From NCBI GenBank assembly GCA_964484305.1, contig CAZAEI010000001.1:26936-90935 (forward strand): a stretch of DNA of 64,000 nucleotides, read 5' to 3'. The notes below the pieces were generated by a model. It saw only the letters and a program-made list of their open reading frames with translations. It was not told the origin of the DNA and searched no databases. The first letter of the stretch is position 1. Every line of letters starts with the position of its first letter. Below, piece after piece: positions 28,895 to 36,897 of this stretch. The DNA is from an uncultured archaeon. GTDB lineage: Archaea; Aenigmatarchaeota; Aenigmatarchaeia; QMZP01. Position numbers and translations under genes: made by a program.

Positions 28895-30115
28895 ATGCCA
28901 TCAATTTGCATATATTTCCAGGTCCACCAGCCCATGAGGCTCAGGGGATTCAGCGCCTTTGATATAGGAAAATCCAGGGAATACTTTGACAGTGATAAGA
29001 ACCGGTTCTATCTCGAGAGGGTGTCCAGGAAGTGCTATCTTCCCACCAACAGAAGGATTCTTGAGCTGATAAGCAAGACTGATGGGAGATTCAGGTTCTC
29101 ATTCAGCATCACAGGCATCCTCCTGGAAGAGCTCGAGAGGGGGTTTCCCAAGGTCCTGGACTCCTTCAGGAGGCTTGTCGATACCGGCTCGGTGGAGCTG
29201 TTCAATGAGACCTACTACCACAGCCTGGCCTACCTTGTTTCAGAGAGGGAGTTCAGGGAACAGGTAAAACTTCACAGGGAGAAGCTGTGGGACATCTTTG
29301 GTGTGAAGCCCAGGATTTTCAGGAATACCGAGGCCATGTACGGGAACGATGTCGCAAGGCTGGCCCGGAGGATGGGCTTCAGGGGCATCGTGGCTGAGGG
29401 CCTCTCCCATGTCCTTGGGTGGAGGTCTCCAAACTACCTCTATACCCCGCCCGACTCTGACATCAGGGTATTCCTCAGGAACTACAAGCTGAGCGATGAC
29501 ATAGGCTTCAGGTTCTCGTGCAGGGAGTGGCCTGAGTGGCCGCTGACAGCGGACAAATATGCCAACTGGCTGAGCAGGGCCGGCGGGGATGTTGTAAACA
29601 TCTTCATAGACTACGAGACCTTTGGGGAACACCAGTGGCAGGAAACCGGTATCTTTGATTTCCTGATGCACCTTCCCCAGGAGGTTCTCGAGCACGAGGG
29701 CCTGCAGTTCATGACCCCGAGTGAGATACTGAAGGCAAAGACGCCCGTGGGTGTCTATGACGTGCCCTATCTGACATCTTGGGCCGACGTCCACAGGGAC
29801 CTCAGCGCCTGGCTTGAGAACTCCATGCAGCAGCAGGCCTTCAGCGAGGTGAAGGCCCTCGAGCCCCTGGTGAGAAGGAGGAAGCATCTTCTGGATGCCT
29901 GGAGGAAGCTCCAGACCAGTGACCATTTCTACTACATGTGCACAAAGTGGTTCGCTGACGGGGATGTGCACAAGTACTTCAACTACTATGAGACCCCTTA
30001 TGATGCATTCCTGAACTTCATGAACATCCTGACCGATTTAAAGAGCAGGGTGCAGAAAAAACCCAAACCATCCTATAGTGCTCCAAATAATAAACCTGGC
30101 TATTATAGTACCTGA
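28895..30115 (+). CDS. Glycoside hydrolase family 57 alpha-amylase
   Basis: YFQVHQP, ETYYHSL, FRNTE, LSDDIGFRF, DYETFGEHQ, QTSDHFYYM. Confidence 0.94.
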   Translation: MPSICIYFQVHQPMRLRGFSAFDIGKSREYFDSDKNRFYLERVSRKCYLPTNRRILELISKTDGRFRFSFSITGILLEELERGFPKVLDSFRRLVDTGSVELFNETYYHSLAYLVSEREFREQVKLHREKLWDIFGVKPRIFRNTEAMYGNDVARLARRMGFRGIVAEGLSHVLGWRSPNYLYTPPDSDIRVFLRNYKLSDDIGFRFSCREWPEWPLTADKYANWLSRAGGDVVNIFIDYETFGEHQWQETGIFDFLMHLPQEVLEHEGLQFMTPSEILKAKTPVGVYDVPYLTSWADVHRDLSAWLENSMQQQAFSEVKALEPLVRRRKHLLDAWRKLQTSDHFYYMCTKWFADGDVHKYFNYYETPYDAFLNFMNILTDLKSRVQKKPKPSYSAPNNKPGYYST

Positions 30116-30280
30116 CATAACTTTTTGGAATAATGTCAGGTACAACTAGCAAAGGACACTTTCCAATTTATTATGCCCTTTACTATAATTGTTGAGAGCA
30201 CAACCAGCAAACCAAATCCAAGCAGAGATTATTTATTTGGTTTACTACAGTGTTCCAAGGGAACAGTGCACTCAAACTAC
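30107..30280. repeat. Second array of heterogeneous hairpins punctuated by A[C/G]TA[C/G/T]
   Basis: GTACCTGACAT/ATGTCAGGTAC, AAAGGACA/TGCCCTTT (one mismatch), AAACCAAAT/ATTTGGTTT, TGTTCC-AAG-GGAACA, each followed by ACTAN. Confidence 0.7.
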
Positions 30281-32133
30281 GAAAGGTTGTCGGAAGGGAT
30301 TATTTCCTTGTTTGGCTGTCTGGACAGTGCCATGTCATAGACCTTGATGTAGTTCTTTATGAGGTTTCCCCAGTCAGCAAGCATGGAGAGCTGCTTGGCC
30401 CTTATCTTGAACTGCCCCCTCTGCCTCTTGCTCATGTTGTATATACTGAGGAGCTGCTCCTCAAGGCAGGACACGCTCTGTTCATAGGTCTTGCCCTCCC
30501 TGGGAACAACCACTATGCTGCAGTCATCCTTTCTCAGATGAGGCTTGATGAACCTTCCGTATCCTGCAAGGTCGGTGGTGATGCTCTGGCATCCTAGGGC
30601 GGCTGCCTCGAGGGGGGTGTATCCCCAGGGCTCATAGTAGGAGGGGAAAACCCCTGCATGGCAGCCTATAATGGCATTGTAGTAGTTCAGTCCAAGGATG
30701 CCGTCTGTTGAGGAGAGGTAGGTTGGATAGTATATGACCTTCACCCTGTCCTTGGGGTGGTTAAGGAGGTTGTTTCTCTCCAGGCTGTGTGTTATTTCAT
30801 TGGGCTCGACCTCGAAGGGTGAGATTGGGGGCTGTCCCTTCTTCCAGAGATAGAGACCTGTTTTCTTGAGCTCGTGAACAAAGGGCTCATCGATTATATT
30901 GGAGTACTTCACCGATTTTCTCTGGGCAAAGGCGCTCATTATATTTTCCCCTATCTTCTTGGATTCCTTCTTGATGGCTTCTTCAAGGTCCTCAAAGAGG
31001 GCGAGGTTCTCCATGATGTCCGGGAGCCTGCCTCTGACATGGCAGGGAACCCAGATAAAGGCAACCACTGTCTTCTTGGATTTAGTCTTCATGAGCCTTT
31101 TGTTAAGCCTGCCCAGGGCATCCAGAAAGAGGTCGATGCCCTTGTTGTGGAATTCGAACCTTCCTGAGATAAAGTATAGTATTGTGTTCTTGGTGTCTAT
31201 GGGATAGTAGGGGGAGAAAAAGGCTGTCACGAATTTCCTTATGTGGTCGCGGTGGGTGATATGCAGGCTCGAGAGGTCTTCCATGGCATGGAACTTGGTC
31301 ATGTCAAGGCCGTTGTGTATGATTAGGTCGGGCTTCCTGCCCAGGATGAACTCACACTCCCTGCCAAGGATGTCCGAGACTGTGGTGAATACATCGGAGT
31401 TCTGGGCAGAGGCGCGCTCCATGCTGTGCTTGTCCATGAGCTGGTACTCCCTGGCCTTGTCGTCAGAGACTGTCTGTTTCTCGGAGAGGCCCGAGTTTAT
31501 CAGGGTATAGATATCCTCCCTGCCGGTCCCTGCAATGGACCTTCCCAGCATGGTCGCATGGGTCGTGAAGACCGTCTTCACCGGGACCTTCTTCTCCTTG
31601 ATATAGAGGAGGCCGGCCCCTGAAAGCCACTCATGGAAGTGGGCAACCACCCTGCCCCCTATTGCGCTGCTCCTCAGTAGCTCCTCTACCAGAAAGCCCG
31701 TTGTCCGTGACCATGGAAGGGGCTCGTCATAGAACCAGGAGGTGTTGAGAGAATCCACCCCCGCAAAATCCCAGAGCTCTTCCTTGATTTTGTTGATGCT
31801 CGCCCTGTAGCCTGCGGGGTCTATAAGTATGGTCAGTGGCCTCTCCCTGAGAAGCTTATGGCCCCTGATAAGCCACCGGCCGTAATAGCAGTTGATTCCG
31901 TACTTCTTGTGAAGCGCGTTGAAGGCCTTCTGGAACTTCAGGGGCGGCTTCTCCTGCTCGAATTCCAGAGAGGCCTGTTTCTCATAATAAGGGCCCACTG
32001 CAATGTAGTTCTGGATGCTTTCCATCATCCTGGACATCTTGGATGTTATGACGGTGTAGATGCCCCCTGCCTTGTTGCACACCTCGTAGCTTACTTCAAG
32101 AACCGTGATGTCCTTCTTTGCATTGTCTGGCAT
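30277..32133 (-). CDS. Glycogen synthase, GT3 family
   Basis: EVSYEVCNKAGGIYTV, HFHEWLSG, FTTHATMLGR, GRFEFHNKGID, FPSYYEPWGYTPLE. Confidence 0.93.
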   Translation of the reverse strand: MPDNAKKDITVLEVSYEVCNKAGGIYTVITSKMSRMMESIQNYIAVGPYYEKQASLEFEQEKPPLKFQKAFNALHKKYGINCYYGRWLIRGHKLLRERPLTILIDPAGYRASINKIKEELWDFAGVDSLNTSWFYDEPLPWSRTTGFLVEELLRSSAIGGRVVAHFHEWLSGAGLLYIKEKKVPVKTVFTTHATMLGRSIAGTGREDIYTLINSGLSEKQTVSDDKAREYQLMDKHSMERASAQNSDVFTTVSDILGRECEFILGRKPDLIIHNGLDMTKFHAMEDLSSLHITHRDHIRKFVTAFFSPYYPIDTKNTILYFISGRFEFHNKGIDLFLDALGRLNKRLMKTKSKKTVVAFIWVPCHVRGRLPDIMENLALFEDLEEAIKKESKKIGENIMSAFAQRKSVKYSNIIDEPFVHELKKTGLYLWKKGQPPISPFEVEPNEITHSLERNNLLNHPKDRVKVIYYPTYLSSTDGILGLNYYNAIIGCHAGVFPSYYEPWGYTPLEAAALGCQSITTDLAGYGRFIKPHLRKDDCSIVVVPREGKTYEQSVSCLEEQLLSIYNMSKRQRGQFKIRAKQLSMLADWGNLIKNYIKVYDMALSRQPNKEIIPSDNLS

Positions 32134-32262
32134 GCTTAATATTTGGCTCGGCTGGCTAATAAATCAGACTGACACGCGGTCTCATAAAGCCTGCAGGTGT
32201 CTATAGGGAAGGTTTATTATGCAAATAAGCCCTATCTTAACACGAGGGTTGCTGTTCGTGGG

Positions 32263-32633
32263 ATGGGCGAGGCCAGGAGTAATGTAATACTGCTTTCTGT
32301 TTTCAGTTTCCTGCTCTGGGCCTCTCTTGGGGCACTGGCGCCGATAGAGTTCCTTTTCCTGGGTTCCCTGGTCGAAAATGTTGCCATAAGGGGCCTGATA
32401 TTGGGCATACCAGGTCTGGTCATCATGGTCTTTGCTCCATGTGCAATAAAAAATCTGTATACTTTGGCTATTCCTCCAGCCTGGGCTCACTGGGCGGCAT
32501 CATTGGCGCAGTCATATCCGGCTTTCTGGTATATTTTTTCGGGGTCGAGATGACCGTCCTGATGCTTGGCCTGTTTGTTCTGTTGCCGCCGATTCCCTTT
32601 CTGGCTGCCTACCTGCTGAAAGGGTTGCCCTGA
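32263..32633 (+). pseudogene. Internally deleted, frameshifted MFS transporter remnant
   Basis: One frame gives MFS-like first helices (LLSVFSFLLWASLG...GLILGIPGLVIMVFAP); another gives later helices (YFGYSSSLGSLGGIIGAVISGFL); junction near 32440. Confidence 0.55.
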
Positions 32634-32648
32634 CTGTATATTGGACAG

Positions 32649-34562
32649 TCACTTCCTGATTATCCTGAATCTCCTGTCAGAACAGGAGACCCTGACTGAT
32701 TTGCCTGACTTTCTGAAGCCGAGTCTGAGCAGGCCATGGCCTGTCCTTCGGAGGCGCTCTATCCTGTTTATCCCGGGAGGGAGCCTAGGGGAGACTGTTA
32801 TGGTCCTTTTCAGGGAGTTGATTTCGATGCCGAGCATGAACTCGTCAACAAGCCTTGGGATGAAACCAGAGCCCCAGAGCTGCAGGGGGCATCCCGACAG
32901 GGTGAGGTTCGAGGAGTTCCAGCACTCCCCTATGCAGCCCAGGGAGTCCCTATCCATGTCTTCAAGAAGAATCTTGAGGTATTTCCAGCCCCCCGCAGGC
33001 CTGCCTGAAAGGAACTCTGCCGCGCAGGCCCAGGCAGTGGTCAGGGACCATGCCGCCCCTGTGTGGTAGCCACCGGGGTCGAATTCTGCCTCGCCACCTG
33101 CCCTGCTCCTGACCCCCCTCCTGGTTGTGAAGGGCTCGGACTCGATTGCCTCCAGAACCTCCCTTGCATGCCTCCGGAAGCCGCAAAGCAGCGGGACCAG
33201 GGCGTTGGCTGTTCTGATTGCAACGGCCTGCTTCCAGAAGAGCCTGTCCGCAAAGAAGCCGTTGTGGAAGAAGTCCCTCTCGAGGTTCTCCCTCAGAATG
33301 CCTGCCGTGGAGGATACCTCTTCAACAAGGCCATTCCTGTCAGGGAGCAGGGAGAGCATGTGCCGGGCAGAGAGCAGGGCCCTGTAATAGAGGGCCTGGA
33401 TATCCACCGCCCTGGAATCCCTCTTCAGGGTGTCCATCCATGTCTCTGGGAAATCCAGGTCGTGCTCTATATAGCCGTCACCGTCGGTGTCGTGTGAAAG
33501 GAGAAAGCGCGTGCTGGTCTCCAGGTAAGGCCTCATCCTCCTAAGAAAGGCGAGGTCTCCTGAGTTCATGACATAATTTTCGAGGGAGATTATCCAGAGG
33601 GGTGTGGGGTCAAGGGCGTTCATGTGCCTCCCCTCGGTCTCTGATACCTGGTTTGGGATCCTTCCCTTCTCAGAGGATGCGGCAAAGAATTCCAGGGTTT
33701 TCCTGACATCCTCGAAGTATCCCAGGGCTGTCAGGGAGGGGATTACCCAGAAGGTGTCGCGGGCCCAGAAATGCTGGAACCAGGGGAGGCCTGCATACCA
33801 GCCAGCCTGGCCGGGGCCCTCCTTTCTGCAGAGCTCAGTGGCCAGGATGCTCCATGAGAATCCCCTCTTTAGGAGTTTGTTATCGGTTTTTATGATTCCC
33901 TGAAGGGCAGAAAGGCGACGCTGCCTCTCAAGGAGGGATTTTGACAGGTTCCCCGGGGGTGGCAACCGCTCTGGATTTAATGAGGGTGTGAATACAAGGG
34001 TAAGTCTCTTGCCAGAAGCGGCTATCCTGCCCGGGGTGAAGTAGTTCTGTGGCTCCCCTGAGGGGCAGTGCTCCCTGTAGGTTGGGCCTTCCTCGAATAT
34101 CAGGCCGGGAACCCCCGAGGCCCTGAGGGAGCCAAGGCTATTGTAGACCGTGACAGTGTTCCCTGACTTCCTTACAGAATATGGCCTGTCTGTCCTGTTC
34201 TCTGAGCGCCTCCTTATGTTGACAGCGAGCTCGAGCTCGAATTCCGCCGGTTTCCTGGCAGACAGCTCCATGACCAGGTGGCCTGTCTCTGGAAGGAACA
34301 ATGCCTGTGTTATCAGGTTGCCATGGCTCTTGAAGGTATGGGTTGCCTTTAAACCATCATAGACTAGGCCCCTACAGTTTCTTTCAGAGAGCCACTCCCC
34401 GCCGGCCTTCAGGGCAAGGAACTCCAAGAATTTGGTCTCCCTGTGCCAGAGGCCTGTCCACTTGTTCCTAAACCCCGAGTCTGCAAAGCGGTGGAAGAAG
34501 CAGGATTTGTTCGAGAGGAAATAGGAATTCTTCCAGAGGCCCGACCTTCTCACAAACTCCAT
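32649..34562 (-). CDS. Glycogen debranching enzyme (amylo-alpha-1,6-glucosidase family)
   Basis: AGLPWFQHFWARD, GRIPN, DPTPLW, TWMD, VDIQAL, YHTGAAW, GCPLQLW. Confidence 0.9.
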   Translation of the reverse strand: MEFVRRSGLWKNSYFLSNKSCFFHRFADSGFRNKWTGLWHRETKFLEFLALKAGGEWLSERNCRGLVYDGLKATHTFKSHGNLITQALFLPETGHLVMELSARKPAEFELELAVNIRRRSENRTDRPYSVRKSGNTVTVYNSLGSLRASGVPGLIFEEGPTYREHCPSGEPQNYFTPGRIAASGKRLTLVFTPSLNPERLPPPGNLSKSLLERQRRLSALQGIIKTDNKLLKRGFSWSILATELCRKEGPGQAGWYAGLPWFQHFWARDTFWVIPSLTALGYFEDVRKTLEFFAASSEKGRIPNQVSETEGRHMNALDPTPLWIISLENYVMNSGDLAFLRRMRPYLETSTRFLLSHDTDGDGYIEHDLDFPETWMDTLKRDSRAVDIQALYYRALLSARHMLSLLPDRNGLVEEVSSTAGILRENLERDFFHNGFFADRLFWKQAVAIRTANALVPLLCGFRRHAREVLEAIESEPFTTRRGVRSRAGGEAEFDPGGYHTGAAWSLTTAWACAAEFLSGRPAGGWKYLKILLEDMDRDSLGCIGECWNSSNLTLSGCPLQLWGSGFIPRLVDEFMLGIEINSLKRTITVSPRLPPGINRIERLRRTGHGLLRLGFRKSGKSVRVSCSDRRFRIIRK

Positions 34563-34602
34563 ATATAAGAAATGGTTTCCCACATTATATTAGTGGTGCC
34601 TG

Positions 34603-35514
34603 ATGGGAAGGGTATTTGTTCTGGGGGACCTCAACGTGGACATGCTCTGCCATGTTAAAGCCATGCCTGCTAGGGGGGGTGAGGTCCATGCTGATTCCAT
34701 CAGGTTCTCCATAGGCGGGAACGCGGCCAACTTCGCGGTTGCTCTGGGCAGGCTCGGTGTCCGGCCCGAGTTCTATTCCTGCATAGGTGATGACTTCTCA
34801 TCGGATTTCCTGAGAAGGGAGCTTAAATCCTCGGGTGTGAAGCCAGTGCTCAGGGAGGTTCCCGGGAGCAGCGGCTACACAGTTGCATTTGTTCTCAGGA
34901 GCGGTAACAGAAGGTTCGTGTCCAATAAGGGTGCGTCAGGGCTGCTGAAGGCGCAGGATTTGAAGCCCATCCTGGAGGGGGTAAGGCCCGGGGACATTGT
35001 CTACACGGGTGGGCTGTTCCACCTTCCGGGCCTGGCCAGGGGCTTTGCGGGATTTGCGAGGGCTGCCAGGAAGAGGGGAGCGACCCTGATGCTTGACTTC
35101 AGCTTTGATGAGACCGGATGCTTCAGTGGGTTTGAGGGCCTTGCCAGGCACCTGGACATGGTATTCATGAACGAGAGCGAGCTCAAGCGATTCGGCAGGG
35201 GTGACCTCAGAAAGTCCCTCGGGGGGGTCTCGGGCCTCGGAATCAGGGATGTCATAGTCAAGCTGGGAAGCAGGGGCTCCCTGTTCTATACAAACGGCAT
35301 GCTGAAGAAAGAGCCTGCGAGAAGGGTGAAGGTTTTGGATACCACCGGTGCGGGGGATGTCTTCAATGCCGCCTTTGTCTACGGGTTCATGAGCGGCCTC
35401 CTGCCGGAGCAGTGCCTTAGGCTTGGCAACTGGGTGGCTGCATGGAAGGTGGCCCGTACAGGAATAACCGTGCCGCCAAGGGAAGGTATTTCTGACTTTC
35501 TGAGGAAGCTGTAG
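34603..35514 (+). CDS. PfkB family carbohydrate kinase
   Basis: GGNAANFAVALGRLG, MNESE, VKLGSRG, DTTGAGDVF. Confidence 0.93.
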   Translation: MGRVFVLGDLNVDMLCHVKAMPARGGEVHADSIRFSIGGNAANFAVALGRLGVRPEFYSCIGDDFSSDFLRRELKSSGVKPVLREVPGSSGYTVAFVLRSGNRRFVSNKGASGLLKAQDLKPILEGVRPGDIVYTGGLFHLPGLARGFAGFARAARKRGATLMLDFSFDETGCFSGFEGLARHLDMVFMNESELKRFGRGDLRKSLGGVSGLGIRDVIVKLGSRGSLFYTNGMLKKEPARRVKVLDTTGAGDVFNAAFVYGFMSGLLPEQCLRLGNWVAAWKVARTGITVPPREGISDFLRKL

Positions 35515-35526
35515 TGCTCCTCTGCT

Positions 35527-36417
35527 TTAGAATGAGAAGATTGTCTTGTTTCTCTCCTCCGATTCTGCCCTTTCCCTCACCATCTGTGAGAACCTTTCTA
35601 CTATCCATTCATAGTATTCGGGGGGCATGGCCTTCTTCTGGACCTCGGGGAGGTCATTGAAGGCGTCTATCAAAAAGGGGTTTCCGTCGATGTCTATTGA
35701 CCATTCCAAGGCATTGAAGTCAAGGTCCAGGCTGGAGTTCAGTTTTATGGTCCACTTGGAAAGCTTGTCCACAAGGCCCTCTATCGGCTTCAGGTCAGAC
35801 CATATATATTCCCCCCCACACCCGGGTCTCGGGTTGTACTTAACAAAAAGAACCTCTCCTTTGCCAACACAGAATACTCGATAGTAATCCTTGTGCTCGA
35901 TTTTTTCCTGGACCAGGAGCACGTGCTTGCTCTTCAGGGAGTCATAGAGATTCCTGAGCTCGTTCATGCTGTTCACGAAGTAGACATTCTCCCATGCAAA
36001 GCCGTTGTGGGGCTTGAGGACGCACGGGAACCCTATCTCCTTCCCTACATGCCCCAGGTTCGGCTCCCTGACGCTGTCGCCTACATCCCACTCATCGTTA
36101 ATGAGGGGCAGCACCATGGTCCTGGGGTGCGGTATGCCGAGGGCACTGCATATCCTGGTGTCCACTATCTTGTTGGTGGCGGTGAAAGAGAACGGGTTGT
36201 TTATCACATAGGCCCCGCCAAGGGAAAGGCTCTTCACGGCCTCCAAGAGAAAGGGGTGGTTGTAGCTCATCCTGTCAACCACAACGCTATAATCCAGATT
36301 AGGGGGTATGCTGACCTCCCGGAGGGAGATGAAGTCTGTCTCCAGGTCAGAGAGTTTCGATACAATGTCTTTTATGAACTCATCGTCCCTGAGCTCCAGG
36401 ATTCCTACACTGGCCAT
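35527..36417 (-). CDS. RimK/glutathione synthase-like ATP-grasp protein
   Basis: VVDRMS, VINNPF, GFPCVLKPHNGFAWENVY, LVQEKI, PFLIDAFN. Confidence 0.8.
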   Translation of the reverse strand: MASVGILELRDDEFIKDIVSKLSDLETDFISLREVSIPPNLDYSVVVDRMSYNHPFLLEAVKSLSLGGAYVINNPFSFTATNKIVDTRICSALGIPHPRTMVLPLINDEWDVGDSVREPNLGHVGKEIGFPCVLKPHNGFAWENVYFVNSMNELRNLYDSLKSKHVLLVQEKIEHKDYYRVFCVGKGEVLFVKYNPRPGCGGEYIWSDLKPIEGLVDKLSKWTIKLNSSLDLDFNALEWSIDIDGNPFLIDAFNDLPEVQKKAMPPEYYEWIVERFSQMVRERAESEERNKTIFSF

Positions 36418-36575
36418 TGGCGCACCGGATTCTTCTATATTTGATTATGGTTGAGGTCTATTAAAAGTGCAGGGGGTTAATGCTATCAGAATGCTAAGTG
36501 GAATAGCCATGCCGCCTGTGGAGAAGGTCTCGGGCTTTCTGAAGGGGTTTTAGGCCTGTTTCTCTTTACCTTTAA

Positions 36576-36668
36576 TTGGTTAACTGTTCGAATTGCTTAG
36601 TTAACAGAAGCGTTAGTTTTATATGGGGGCTCTGACTAATCATTAATAATCATCATTAATGCTGATTA
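36576..36668 (+). promoter_or_regulatory. Promoter and candidate operator of the HTH-giant gene operon
   Basis: TT[G/A]GTTAAC at 36576 and 36597; TTTTATAT at about 36617; repeated/inverted TCATTAAT motifs at 36638-36668. Confidence 0.45.
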
Positions 36669-36669
36669 A

Positions 36670-36897
36670 ATGAAGCGGCAGGATGGCGACATAAAGGGAA
36701 GAATTCTTAAGCTTATCTCTAGGAAGCCATATGGTCTGAGCATTGAGGAGATTTCGAGAGAGCTGAAAATAAACAGGGCCACTACTGTAAAATATCTTGC
36801 GTTTCTGGAAGGCCAGGGGCGGATTCTTGTGAGGGAGCTGGGCAAGGCCAAGCTACACTATCCAAGGACGAGGAGGGTTGAGGCATGGCTGCTCTAG
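36670..36897 (+). CDS. Small winged-HTH transcriptional regulator
   Basis: GLSIEEISRELKINRATTVKYLAFLEGQGRI...LGKAKLHY. Confidence 0.85.
   Translation: MKRQDGDIKGRILKLISRKPYGLSIEEISRELKINRATTVKYLAFLEGQGRILVRELGKAKLHYPRTRRVEAWLL

Noticed and set aside
30108..30143. Xer/dif site or integron attC site
   Set aside because: The spacer is 14 nt rather than 6, and there are no RYYYAAC/GTTRRRY boxes
1..36400. Long antisense ORFs (e.g. 3443-4294, 8186-9007, 22499-23356, 26544-27290)
   Set aside because: They overlap well-supported genes on the opposite strand and have no recognisable motifs, as expected in GC-rich coding DNA
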